Shown here: positions 16,839-25,439 of the stretch, one piece after another
Numbering within the stretch: position 1 is the first letter of the stretch
Layout of the letters: each line of letters begins with the position of its first letter
Virus record (IMG/VR): IMGVR_UViG_3300033067_000188
Span: 1-27,396 of that record
From: a virus
Taxonomy: Duplodnaviria; Caudoviricetes
Direction: 5' to 3' (one strand)
DNA length: 27,396 nt
Position numbers and translations under genes: made by a program
The notes under the pieces: generated by a model
The model's database searches: none
Seen by the model: only the letters and a program-made list of their open reading frames with translations
Told to the model about the DNA's origin: nothing

Positions 16839-19105
16839 CGTGCGTTACTCCCAAGTCGCTGCCGAGAAATGCTGGTGATGGTTCGTGCCTCTGCTGCCGC
16901 CACGATTGCCGGGGCTGCTTCAAGGATGCCCTGCTGCACCTGAGCGCGCACAGCAGCCGGGTCGGTTGCACCACGAGCGTCAACATTGATGACCATCGGT
17001 GCCTTACCCGCATTGGCGGTCTGACCGGACGGGATAATCTGGCCGTGTCGATCCGGGGTGAACAGTTCCGCCCCTTCCTCACCAACCAGATAGGTTTTAC
17101 CCGGTTCCACCGGGCCACCCTTGGCGCGGGCACCTGCAATGCCAGCACCGGCCACGTTTGCAGCCGCGTCAATGCTGGCAAAGGTGCTGGCTGCGCTGAC
17201 CTTGACACCGCCGCCACCCAGCGCACCGCTGACCAAACCAACGATCTGCTGCACCACGTACATTTGCCAAAGTTGGTCGATCACGGCATTGATGATGCCC
17301 TTCATGCCGTCACGCCACGACCGACCGGCAGTGAGCATCCCCTTGAATGCGTCCGATACGGACGAGCCGATGGACTCGTACGAGCGCCTGATTTCTTCAT
17401 TGCGTTCCGCGACCTTCAGTTCTGCCGTTTTCTGGTCGAACTGGTTGAGCGCTTCCAAGAGTTGCAAGGTGGTGAGGGTGCTGTTTGACTGTGCGTATGC
17501 CATCTGCATGAACTGGAACCGCAGTTTTTCAATCGAAGCATCCACACCGGACGCTTTGTCGATCAAGTCTTGCTGCCGGTCAATTGCATCCTGAATCGGC
17601 CCCATTGCGATTTCACGCAGTGCATTCTGGTAATCGACGGTTGCGGCTGTCAGGTCCGCAACACCGGGTCGGGCAGCATCAAAAGCAGCGGTCAATTCAT
17701 CCATCCGCATTTGCCACTGAGGGACATTTTGACCACCGACATTCTTGACAAGATCATCAAACTTTTTAACAGCATTGTTCAATTCTTCAATTGCAGCGGT
17801 GTCATCTTTGAATGCTTCTGCAAAAGACAGACCATTGCCCATCTTTTCAGATGCTGACCCACCGCCGCCAGAACTGCGACCGGCACCAGACTTAGGGGTT
17901 TTTGGTTCTTTTTTACCAGCGGGTCCACCGATCCGCAGAAACATCATCGCAGACCATGCTTCACCGACGAGGGCTTTCAGTCGCGCAACCTCGCCTTCAG
18001 AGTTGTCTGCCGCGATCTGAAATGCACCAGAGAGCGCAGCCGCAGCACCGGCAGCAGAGCGCGCACCCGGTTCACCAATGCCCATTCGCATGGCATTGGA
18101 CGAAAGTTGAAAGTTCTTCGCCATCTGCTTGTTTTCAATAGCGAGTGCTTCCGCCTTGATAAGCGATGCCTGTGCTTCCTGAATCTTCGACTTTGCAACG
18201 GTCAGTGCCGCAGCAGCCTGCTGGTCAAGCGTTTCAGTGTAACGACCAGAGAGTCGGTTCAATTCGTCCGTGATTTCAGCAAGTGAGTAACTTGCCAATT
18301 TCTGTGCAGATGCCGCCTCATTGTATTTGTGAGTGCTATCGGTCAAATCTTTGATGGTATGCCCAAAGCGATCAGTTTGCTTTTCTGCCTTGTCACTGCT
18401 CATCGCCCATTGGATAAGCCATGCAACACCAGCAGTCAGACCAATCGTAACAAGACTGATTGGGCTGACCAGACCGAGTAGAGACTGACCCATGAGACGC
18501 ACCGCACCACCCGGACCACCCGCTTGCATTGCAGCGTTGGCGAACACCAGCGACATTTGCGAACCCTGCTGCAACGCGATCAGCATGGGATTCATACCCA
18601 TCGCAGCGGTCACGCCAATGTCCTGAAACTGAGCAACCATGTTGGTCATGTTCGCCTGCTGCTGACCAGCAGTCTGCCCCATACTGCGCAGTGAATTGTT
18701 GAACGCCTCGGTTCCACCGGACGCAAGGGTCTGACTGGTGACGACCTTCTGTGCCGCATCAGCAAGTGACAGATTTGCTTGTGCTGCTTTCAGGGCGGCA
18801 CTGGTCTGTGTGTCAAGTGCTTGTGCGGCGGAATAGGCTGCTGCGGCACTCTGACTCTGAGCGCGAAGCTGCTTGATTTCTGCTGCCGTGGCATTGCCAG
18901 AAGCCTGAGCGATCTTCAGAGCGGACGAGGCTGCTTGTGCGTTGCCTCGTGCGATTGCCGCAGAGGCAGAGGTTTGCGTTTGTGCCAGTTTCTTGGATGC
19001 AACCTCTGCCGCCGCCGCTTCGACCGACAACTTATCCAGAATCTTGACAGCCGTTTCAAGGCTACGACCGTCAAATTCTGCGCCAAGCCTTGCAATGTCG
19101 GTCAT
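16835..19105 (-). CDS. Tail tape measure protein (756 aa)
   Basis: Ala-rich and helical, with AQFQDIGV...NPMLIALQQGSQ and the C-terminal GARAKGGPV...YLVGEEGAELFTP. Confidence 0.93.
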   Translation of the reverse strand: MTDIARLGAEFDGRSLETAVKILDKLSVEAAAAEVASKKLAQTQTSASAAIARGNAQAASSALKIAQASGNATAAEIKQLRAQSQSAAAAYSAAQALDTQTSAALKAAQANLSLADAAQKVVTSQTLASGGTEAFNNSLRSMGQTAGQQQANMTNMVAQFQDIGVTAAMGMNPMLIALQQGSQMSLVFANAAMQAGGPGGAVRLMGQSLLGLVSPISLVTIGLTAGVAWLIQWAMSSDKAEKQTDRFGHTIKDLTDSTHKYNEAASAQKLASYSLAEITDELNRLSGRYTETLDQQAAAALTVAKSKIQEAQASLIKAEALAIENKQMAKNFQLSSNAMRMGIGEPGARSAAGAAAALSGAFQIAADNSEGEVARLKALVGEAWSAMMFLRIGGPAGKKEPKTPKSGAGRSSGGGGSASEKMGNGLSFAEAFKDDTAAIEELNNAVKKFDDLVKNVGGQNVPQWQMRMDELTAAFDAARPGVADLTAATVDYQNALREIAMGPIQDAIDRQQDLIDKASGVDASIEKLRFQFMQMAYAQSNSTLTTLQLLEALNQFDQKTAELKVAERNEEIRRSYESIGSSVSDAFKGMLTAGRSWRDGMKGIINAVIDQLWQMYVVQQIVGLVSGALGGGGVKVSAASTFASIDAAANVAGAGIAGARAKGGPVEPGKTYLVGEEGAELFTPDRHGQIIPSGQTANAGKAPMVINVDARGATDPAAVRAQVQQGILEAAPAIVAAAEARTITSISRQRLGSNAR

Positions 19106-19503
19106 TTCTTGGAACTTTCTCTTTGTCGGCGTTCTTCAATTTCAGCGTTCATTGCAGAGCAAAAAGCACTGTCCATTTTTCTCAACAGCGCAAATTCAAC
19201 TCCGGTAAAATCTGCTTCTGTGAGTTGCTTCCAAGCGAGCCATTCGGACGGTGGAGTTGGTCGGCAAACACCGTCCGAAACCTTACCAACTGACGCAGCA
19301 ACATCGAAAAACACTTGCCAGAGTTTGATGAACTCGTCTGGTATCGTGATTTCAGGTGCTTCAAGCGGCGCTCCGTCCTTGTCAGTCACACCGTCAAGAG
19401 CAAGTCGTTCGTATTTCTCTCGTCTCGTCTCACCAGACTCATCGAAGTAATCGTAACGAACATAGTTCTTGACGGCCTGAATTAACTCGCTTTGACCTCG
19501 GTA
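19102..19503 (-). CDS. Tail assembly chaperone 'T' segment, reached by -1 frameshift (GT fusion)
   Basis: The -1 frame is open from 19503 (YRGQSELIQAVKNYVRYD...) into ORF 19102..19389. Its stop overlaps the tape measure ATG. Confidence 0.8.
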   Translation of the reverse strand, partial: YRGQSELIQAVKNYVRYDYFDESGETRREKYERLALDGVTDKDGAPLEAPEITIPDEFIKLWQVFFDVAASVGKVSDGVCRPTPPSEWLAWKQLTEADFTGVEFALLRKMDSAFCSAMNAEIEERRQRESSKK

Positions 19504-19874
19504 AAAAAACTTTCGAGTTCACTGAATTGCTCATCAATCTGGTTGACGAGCCACGGCAGTTCCTCGAACATCTCAAACGCATTTTTCTGGTTCAGTTCGG
19601 GCTTTTCACCCTTGAACTTTGCGTCACCTTCCCAGCGCCAGCCCGTGATCGCCGTGAACAGGACCATATGGCGGTTCCGAATCAGTTCCTCAGTCTTGAG
19701 GTACTTGCCCTTCGATTCGATCTGAGCGCGCTTATCACCGATCTGCTTTTTGAGACGAAGCATCCGGTCATCGTCCGGCGACATAAGGCTAATGAAAATA
19801 CCAAGCGGCTCTTTGGTGGCCGGGTGGATGATTTCAATTTCCTTTTCGACATATTTAATGTCGCTAATATCCAT
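19482..19874 (-). CDS. Tail assembly chaperone (gpG-like)
   Basis: Lies between tail tube and tape measure genes; IIHPAT, ITGWRW and PWLVNQID...FF motifs. Confidence 0.85.
   Translation of the reverse strand: MDISDIKYVEKEIEIIHPATKEPLGIFISLMSPDDDRMLRLKKQIGDKRAQIESKGKYLKTEELIRNRHMVLFTAITGWRWEGDAKFKGEKPELNQKNAFEMFEELPWLVNQIDEQFSELESFFTEVKAS
19503..19509 (-). promoter_or_regulatory. -1 ribosomal frameshift slippery site T TTT TTT
   Basis: AGT TTT TTT ACC in the G reading frame; a -1 shift joins the T ORF. Confidence 0.8.
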
Positions 19875-19900
19875 GTTAAAAGTTCCCTTCTGTTGACGTA

Positions 19901-20374
19901 TCAGGCGGCAGCGTCCACAATGATCTGCTGCTGTTGCAGAGCCAGAGTATAGACTTCAGTGATGAAATCTTCATTGCGTCCGAACGGAATGCGCGGCCCA
20001 GCGACCATGCCACGGTTAAAAATCGTGGTCGGGGTGCCGCCGCTGGGGGCGTCATTCAGTTCGATCTTGAAGGCATAGTTGTTCTTGTTGAAGTGGTCGC
20101 CAGCGGTACGCAGGATGACCTGACCGGCATCGGCAGGGATGCGCGCCAGTTCAACTTCAGGATCGCCCGCGTTGGACGTACCCTTGGCCTTCTGTACAAA
20201 CTCGGTATCCCAAGTATCGTAAGAGACAACGTTGGTGTTGGTGCCGGTTTCACCGTGAGAACCAACACCCTTGATCTGCACATACGTCAGCGCTTTGAAA
20301 GCAGCTTCGTTAAGATCAGTGTTCTGAGCAGTGGAGCAAATATAAAGTTTTGCACCGGAAAGAGTATCGGCCAT
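19901..20374 (-). CDS. Major tail tube protein
   Basis: GAKLYIC, HGETG, KAKGTSNAGD, DAGQVIL and YAFKIELND motifs; GAGGT RBS. Confidence 0.88.
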   Translation of the reverse strand: MADTLSGAKLYICSTAQNTDLNEAAFKALTYVQIKGVGSHGETGTNTNVVSYDTWDTEFVQKAKGTSNAGDPEVELARIPADAGQVILRTAGDHFNKNNYAFKIELNDAPSGGTPTTIFNRGMVAGPRIPFGRNEDFITEVYTLALQQQQIIVDAAA

Positions 20375-20404
20375 TTCACATACCTCTTAGGTTAGCGTCA
20401 TGGC

Positions 20405-20432
20405 TTTATAGCAGTTTTACCGCCTAAATCAA
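20405..20432 (-). promoter_or_regulatory. Putative internal promoter for the tail tube gene
   Basis: TTGATT, 16-nt spacer ending in TGC, then TATAAA (extended -10). Confidence 0.55.
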
Positions 20433-20842
20433 GTCTCGAATAGCGAATACTCGACCGAAAGCGGGTAGAGTATTTCCAACCCTGCTTCTATCGGTGACAT
20501 TAATTTTGGTTTATTCAATACAGTGAGCAAACCACTAATCTTGCTGGATTTAGTAAACGAGTTGCCAATCGCACCAATGTAATCGAGCGGCGCGTATGAT
20601 CCACTGCCGTTATTTGGCCAATGTAAGATGATTCGCATAACTCCGCGATGGTATTCCTCATCGCCCCAAGTTGCATCCGAACGGTTGTTCGGAATGAACA
20701 CCAGTTCGATCCATTTCTGGTTGTCAGGCGGGTTGAAAGGAACGCCAAGAAACTTAATCGGCAGAGTCGGAATTGTCGATGCTGCTACTGCCGCAATGAC
20801 TTTCTGCTGAAGCGCTTGGATGATTTGTTTCTCAATGCTCAT
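20429..20842 (-). CDS. Tail terminator-like protein (DUF4128-like)
   Basis: Lies just before the tail tube gene; FNPP..KWIEL...RGVMRIILHWP motif. Confidence 0.7.
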   Translation of the reverse strand: MSIEKQIIQALQQKVIAAVAASTIPTLPIKFLGVPFNPPDNQKWIELVFIPNNRSDATWGDEEYHRGVMRIILHWPNNGSGSYAPLDYIGAIGNSFTKSSKISGLLTVLNKPKLMSPIEAGLEILYPLSVEYSLFET

Positions 20843-21342
20843 TTGCTGCCTCGCTTCAGCTTCTCAGCGTTCCGCTTTACCGTATCCTGCCAGTTTTGAA
20901 CAGCACCGATCAGGAAGCCGTCATATGCTTCCCGCACCTGTGCGTACTCTGCCGTCCACCCAAACGAGAGAACCATGCCAATATCAAATTGTGACAGGGC
21001 TAGGTTTACGCTCGGTTCGGACGAGTAGATTTCGGCAGACGGGTAGCTGTTCGGCTCTTTGCGTTCACCGCGCGTCTCACCGTATGGCATCCCGGTCAGG
21101 CTTGCCTTACCAGACGCTCGCAGGAAACCAGTGTCAACCGGCATCCGACCACCCTTGGCACGAGCGGTCTGCGCATCGTCAATGGTGTCTTGAATGCTCT
21201 GGCGCATCACCTTGCCAAGTCGATCCTTGCACTCGTTGACCCAGCTATCAACCTGACCGGCGAAACCGTAGTTCCGACTTGCCAGAATGTTCTGGTATTT
21301 CTTGCGGGACGAGTCATTGACTGGTGCGGGTGGTCCAAACAT
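20839..21342 (-). CDS. HK97 gp10-like neck / tail completion protein
   Basis: GGRMPVDTGFLRAS and FGWTAEYA motifs. The ATG at 21342 follows the upstream stop at 21344. Confidence 0.8.
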   Translation of the reverse strand: MFGPPAPVNDSSRKKYQNILASRNYGFAGQVDSWVNECKDRLGKVMRQSIQDTIDDAQTARAKGGRMPVDTGFLRASGKASLTGMPYGETRGERKEPNSYPSAEIYSSEPSVNLALSQFDIGMVLSFGWTAEYAQVREAYDGFLIGAVQNWQDTVKRNAEKLKRGSK

Positions 21343-21343
21343 T

Positions 21344-22342
21344 TCAGACCCCCAACCAATTGATGTTGGTGCGGGCGATGCAGCGGCAAGCGATGACTTC
21401 TGGCCCACCCGCGCCAAGCGATGAGTCGCCGGGGTGCATCAGGCGCGCACCGGACGGTGCGACAAATGGTTCGTCCATTCCTCGCACCTGACCGTCCATA
21501 GCTGCGTGCGAGGGGCGCACACGGCGATCCCCCGCACTATCCCAAATCCGCGTCACATCGCTTTCCTTGACCCGCCCTGTCGCCACAACCTGCTTGACAG
21601 ACTGCCACTCAGCCACGTTGAATGACTGGATTGACTCGGTGCGGGCGATCTGTTCACCACGGTAGCGCAATGCGTTCTGCCGATAGCGCAGCACCAGTTT
21701 GTCCACCACATCGCGCGGCAGGGGTTTGCCGGTCTGGATTGCCTTCTGCACGGTTCGATCAAACCGCTTGTCGCGCAACTCATAGCTAAAATAGCGATCA
21801 CTACGCTGTTCCAGAGCGTTGCGCAGCCTGTCGGACCATGTGGCTTGCTGCACCGTCAAACCGATCAGACCACCGACACGCTGACCTGTTGCGCGATCCA
21901 GACGACCGACAATGTTCAGCGCCGTGGTGCGAGGGTTGACACCTGCCACCATACCTCGCTGCAATGCGTCTCGGACGTTGGTGCGGGCTTCCTCAGTCAG
22001 CCGGGTGACAAACCCGCTGGAATGGTCCTTGAGCCACCGCTCCGCTCCCGGGTTGCGCACATCGAACCGAAAGATAGGGTAGCCATTGATGCGCGGATAG
22101 CCGTCCGACACCCACGCACCGGCTCGCTCAAAGGCAGACTCAACGGCTGCCGTGAGTGGTCGCAGTGCTGCGGCGTTCAATCCGAGAATTTCAAAGGTGC
22201 GCTGTGCATCGCCTGTTTCAATGGCGGCGATCAGTTCGTTCAGGACGACTTGATCGACTACTTGTGCCATTGCCGTGACAAATGCACCGCGCACTTCCTC
22301 GCTCATGGCTCGCAGCAATTGTTCAAATGTGATGCGAGCCAT
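21344..22342 (-). CDS. Minor head / head morphogenesis protein (SPP1 gp7 / Mu gpF-like)
   Basis: IARTE, WDSAGDRRVRPSH..MDGQ and LMHPGD...EVIACRC motifs. Confidence 0.9.
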   Translation of the reverse strand: MARITFEQLLRAMSEEVRGAFVTAMAQVVDQVVLNELIAAIETGDAQRTFEILGLNAAALRPLTAAVESAFERAGAWVSDGYPRINGYPIFRFDVRNPGAERWLKDHSSGFVTRLTEEARTNVRDALQRGMVAGVNPRTTALNIVGRLDRATGQRVGGLIGLTVQQATWSDRLRNALEQRSDRYFSYELRDKRFDRTVQKAIQTGKPLPRDVVDKLVLRYRQNALRYRGEQIARTESIQSFNVAEWQSVKQVVATGRVKESDVTRIWDSAGDRRVRPSHAAMDGQVRGMDEPFVAPSGARLMHPGDSSLGAGGPEVIACRCIARTNINWLGV

Positions 22343-22349
22343 TGCGGTG

Positions 22350-22706
22350 TTACCTTCTGAAGATCACACGGTACGCCACCGCGTCACCAGCGGGCGGGAT
22401 CGCACTGACACTTACAATCTTGTGCCGCACACCGTCAAGTTTGATGAAACCGTTGATGGTCGGAACCACACCACCAGCCGTCATGGTCAACTGTTGGTCG
22501 CTGCCGATAATGTTGGTGCCGTCCACATATTTGAACTGCACACCACGGACCACTGCGGGCAATTCCGTCTCAACCTCGGTCGGTTCGCCGGGATTGTCCA
22601 CCGTGCCGCCGCTGTGCGTCAGTGCAACGTAATAGACGCGACCCTGCTTGAACTGGTTAATCACATCAGACGCAACAGCGCGCATTTCTTCATAAAAACT
22701 TGCCAT
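22350..22706 (-). CDS. Head closure / head-tail joining protein
   Basis: FYEEMRAVASDVINQF...YVDGTNI..SD...PPAG pattern, in the connector gene position. Confidence 0.7.
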   Translation of the reverse strand: MASFYEEMRAVASDVINQFKQGRVYYVALTHSGGTVDNPGEPTEVETELPAVVRGVQFKYVDGTNIIGSDQQLTMTAGGVVPTINGFIKLDGVRHKIVSVSAIPPAGDAVAYRVIFRR

Positions 22707-22721
22707 CGTGAAAAAATCCTA

Positions 22722-22750
22722 TTGACCATGCGTTGAAACGTGTTTAGCAG
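22722..22750 (+). promoter_or_regulatory. Putative promoter of the antisense moron-like gene
   Basis: TTGACC, 17-nt spacer, TAGCAG, preceded by an A-tract; AAGGA RBS before the ATG at 22785. Confidence 0.5.
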
Positions 22751-22784
22751 CGTTCTGGTCATTAAGACAAGAAGGAAAACAAAC

Positions 22785-23117
22785 ATGGCTACCAAGGCTG
22801 TTACCCCGGTTGTTGCTGCAACCGCCACCAAGACTCGTGTTGCGCCGGAAGTCACTCCGGTTACGACCAGTCTGCCGATCCCCGAAAAGAAGCGCGGTGG
22901 TTTTCGCAGCCACTACGATTTCACGATCTTGACCGAAGTTGGTGCATCGTTCGGTATCAAGAACAAGACTGCCAAGCAGATCAACCCGATTGTATCGAAG
23001 GAAAATCGTCGGCACAAGAACGCCGACAAGACGTACAAGATCAAGTACGAAGTGTTTGACGTTGACGCGAAGTCCGACCCGGACGGTGCGCAGTGCCGCG
23101 TCTATCGCACGATCTGA
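22785..23117 (+). CDS. Small basic hypothetical protein, antisense within the late operon (DUF7303-like)
   Basis: Fills the gap between connector genes and has a good RBS. LPIPEKKRGG..SHYDF..EVGASF...DGAQCRVYR resembles small phage proteins with YPF..EVGDSF..GVRVWR. Confidence 0.75.
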   Translation: MATKAVTPVVAATATKTRVAPEVTPVTTSLPIPEKKRGGFRSHYDFTILTEVGASFGIKNKTAKQINPIVSKENRRHKNADKTYKIKYEVFDVDAKSDPDGAQCRVYRTI

Positions 23118-23126
23118 TGAAATGAT

Positions 23127-23153
23127 GAGGGGGTGGCCGATGGCTACCCCCTT
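23127..23153 (+). terminator. Hairpin ending the moron gene, possibly bidirectional
   Basis: GAGGGGGTGGCC-GAT-GGCTACCCCCTT; contains the stop codon of the convergent gene. Confidence 0.6.
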
Positions 23154-23638
23154 GCCGAACGCCCAACCAAGTTAGACCCATATGAACGGGTCAAGATAGG
23201 TTGAAGGATTTGGTCAATCACATTGTACTGAGTCTGCGCTTCTCGCGCATTGTCGAACTCATTGTATTCGACGCTCACAGCACCGTCAACGCTCACGCGC
23301 TTGTACTTTGACGGCGTGTAATCGACCGACAATGAACCAGCCAGAGTGATTTCCCGGTGCGCAGCCTCGTAGGTTGCGTATTCGATTTCAACCGGGACGA
23401 CTTCACTGCTGACCGCATACCCATAGTAATCCAAAGCACCCGTGCGAGGCCATTCACGCACTTGCTCGCGCTGCCCGACCTTCAGGCCGGGGAACGCGCT
23501 GCGATACTTCGCATCCAGCCATTCGGACGCCACGAGCAAGGCAGCAAGCACCGTTACCTCGTTGTGTGGTCCGTGGTCATGGTTGCGGGCTTCGCAGTAT
23601 GCGTCATAGCCTGCATGGGTGCCGTAGAAATCAGGCAT
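23144..23638 (-). CDS. Head-tail adaptor (DnaT-like family)
   Basis: YGTHAGYDAYCEAR, ALLVASEWLD, QVREWPR and VPVEIEYATYEAA motifs. Confidence 0.8.
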   Translation of the reverse strand: MPDFYGTHAGYDAYCEARNHDHGPHNEVTVLAALLVASEWLDAKYRSAFPGLKVGQREQVREWPRTGALDYYGYAVSSEVVPVEIEYATYEAAHREITLAGSLSVDYTPSKYKRVSVDGAVSVEYNEFDNAREAQTQYNVIDQILQPILTRSYGSNLVGRSARG

Positions 23639-23990
23639 TTGCGATCACCTTCTGAGCGGCGGCAATTGCGTCCGTGTCGCTCTTATAGCCTTCCGCGTCG
23701 ATCCCGTCCAGTTCGACCGGTTTGCCGTCTGCCAGATCGACCACGAAGAACTTGCGACCGATCTTGCTCACACCGAGCGATGGCGTCACAGCGGCCTGTT
23801 CCGGCTCGCTTGCGGGTGCGGGTGCGGGTGCGGGTGCGGGTGCGGGTGCGGGTGCGGGTGCGGGTGCGGGCTGTGCTGCACCATCCACAATCGTATGGAT
23901 CGCAGGGTCATAGTCGCGCTGGTTGATCCGACACACTACACCATCTTCACGCTGGACAGTGTAAACCGGAAGCATCTGAGTAATGTCCAT
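23631..23990 (-). CDS. Hypothetical capsid-associated protein with a (PA)10 linker
   Basis: Directly follows the capsid gene; INQRDYDPAIH motif; AAGGA RBS. Confidence 0.75.
   Translation of the reverse strand: MDITQMLPVYTVQREDGVVCRINQRDYDPAIHTIVDGAAQPAPAPAPAPAPAPAPAPAPASEPEQAAVTPSLGVSKIGRKFFVVDLADGKPVELDGIDAEGYKSDTDAIAAAQKVIANA
23811..23870 (+). repeat. Perfect hexanucleotide repeat (TGCGGG)10
   Basis: Ten exact copies encoding (Pro-Ala)10 on the minus strand. Confidence 0.97.
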
Positions 23991-24009
23991 TGTTGTTTCC
24001 TTCTAATGC

Positions 24010-24040
24010 AAAATGACCGGGCAGTTTCCCGCCCGGTCAC
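24010..24040 (-). terminator. Intrinsic terminator after the major capsid gene
   Basis: Inverted repeat TGACCGGGC / GCCCGGTCA followed by TTTT on the minus strand. Confidence 0.8.
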
Positions 24041-24063
24041 GTTGTCACATTTCTGCGATCAGA

Positions 24064-25278
24064 TCAACCGAGCAGCAGAGCGATGTGTTCCGGCTTGATG
24101 CCGCCGACACCCCAAGCAGCGGTGACTTCCGCGCGAATCTTACGGTAGCCAGCATACAGGCGAACCTCAAAGGTCATGCCCGAACGAGGGTCCGTAATCA
24201 TCATGCTGTCAATCGCCGCGTCACCTTCCTGCGGCAGAGCCGGGGCGCGGGTGACGAGATGCAGGGCCGACCGGACGAACGCCACGTTGCCGCTGTAGCT
24301 TTCCACCGAGATGGCGGTTTCAGCAGCAGGGATCGCAACGCGCAGACCCGGAGCGGCGATCTTGACAGTCGCACCGGCAACAGCAGCCACGTTTTCAGTG
24401 ACCACGTACTTGTTACTGTCACCAGCGAACGAAATCACATCGCCCGCCTTCAGCGTACCAGTCCCGGTCGCGGACTTGAGCGCAATGCTGGTCGCACCAA
24501 CCGCAAAACCTGCGTTGGTGGTCACGGCGTTGGCTTCAGTACCAGCGGTGTGCTGCACGACCTGAGCGGATTCCTTGATTGAGAACCCGTGAATGTCGAG
24601 CAGTTCACCCTGACGCAGAGTCATCTGCGTACCGGCTTCGTTGACCTTGGTAAGCTGCGACTTCTTGCGCAGATTTGCACCAGCGGTCGTGCTGATGACC
24701 AGCGAGCGTTCAGCACCCGGCGCACCGTTGTCGTCCAGAATCTTCCGAACGTCAGCGATTTCGTCGAAGTTCGACCCGAACGGAGCCGTACCACCCGTGC
24801 CGGTTGCGCGCGATGCGGACAGGGCGGCTTCAACCGCAAGGTCCGATTCCATCTCGTTCACCAGAACGCGAAGTCCCTGAGCAAAGTTGTTCGCCTGCAC
24901 CGAGACATAGCCCAGCCCCGAAGCAATCGAACGCTGTTCTTCACCAGTCCAACCAAACGCGACACCGCGCGACTTGGTGATCGACAGCGAGCCGCTGCCG
25001 GTCGTGAAGTCAGCCGGTTCAGGAATGTCCATCGCCGGGGTCACGTTGAACGCGGTCGGGGTCGGGGCAACGTCATAGATGACCGACTGGCCGACTGCGG
25101 CGCGCTCGGCAGCAGAGTTGCGGAAAACCGAAGGGATGAAACCAACCAGTTCGCGCGACACAACGTCCATACCTTCGTAAAGGTCGGGGATGATAGCGGT
25201 CAGGTTGTTACCGTAAGCCTGCATATGACCGATCATGGGACCGGTGCGCGCAAGCAGCATAGTTGCCAGCTTGGACAT
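24064..25278 (-). CDS. Major capsid protein (P22 coat-like, HK97 fold)
   Basis: NNLTAIIPDLY..DVVSRELVGFIP, RKILDDNGAP and DPRSGMTFEV..Y.GY motifs; GAGGT RBS; downstream terminator. Confidence 0.92.
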   Translation of the reverse strand: MSKLATMLLARTGPMIGHMQAYGNNLTAIIPDLYEGMDVVSRELVGFIPSVFRNSAAERAAVGQSVIYDVAPTPTAFNVTPAMDIPEPADFTTGSGSLSITKSRGVAFGWTGEEQRSIASGLGYVSVQANNFAQGLRVLVNEMESDLAVEAALSASRATGTGGTAPFGSNFDEIADVRKILDDNGAPGAERSLVISTTAGANLRKKSQLTKVNEAGTQMTLRQGELLDIHGFSIKESAQVVQHTAGTEANAVTTNAGFAVGATSIALKSATGTGTLKAGDVISFAGDSNKYVVTENVAAVAGATVKIAAPGLRVAIPAAETAISVESYSGNVAFVRSALHLVTRAPALPQEGDAAIDSMMITDPRSGMTFEVRLYAGYRKIRAEVTAAWGVGGIKPEHIALLLG

Positions 25279-25307
25279 GATGTTACCTCTGAATGTCGTT
25301 GAGATGG

Positions 25308-25342
25308 GTCATCCAACCCGCGCGCTTTTCAGTCATCCAACC
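25308..25342 (-). repeat. Two 11-nt direct repeats (GGTTGGATGAC) in the capsid 5' leader
   Basis: GTCATCCAACC at 25308-25318 and 25332-25342. Confidence 0.85.
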
Positions 25343-25361
25343 TAATCAGCCATGTAACAAA

Positions 25362-25390
25362 GCGCTAACACATAAAAGTTGGGCTGTCAA
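25362..25390 (-). promoter_or_regulatory. Putative capsid-gene promoter
   Basis: TTGACA, 17-nt spacer, TAGCGC. The -35 lies in one arm of the 12-bp inverted repeat. Confidence 0.55.
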
Positions 25391-25416
25391 CGCGGAAGGG
25401 AACACGTTGACAGCCC
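25381..25416 (-). terminator. 12-bp perfect hairpin after the scaffold gene
   Basis: GGGCTGTCAACG / CGTTGACAGCCC, followed on the minus strand by AACTTTTAT. Confidence 0.65.
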
Positions 25417-25439
25417 TGACCGGCATTGCGCAATACCGA

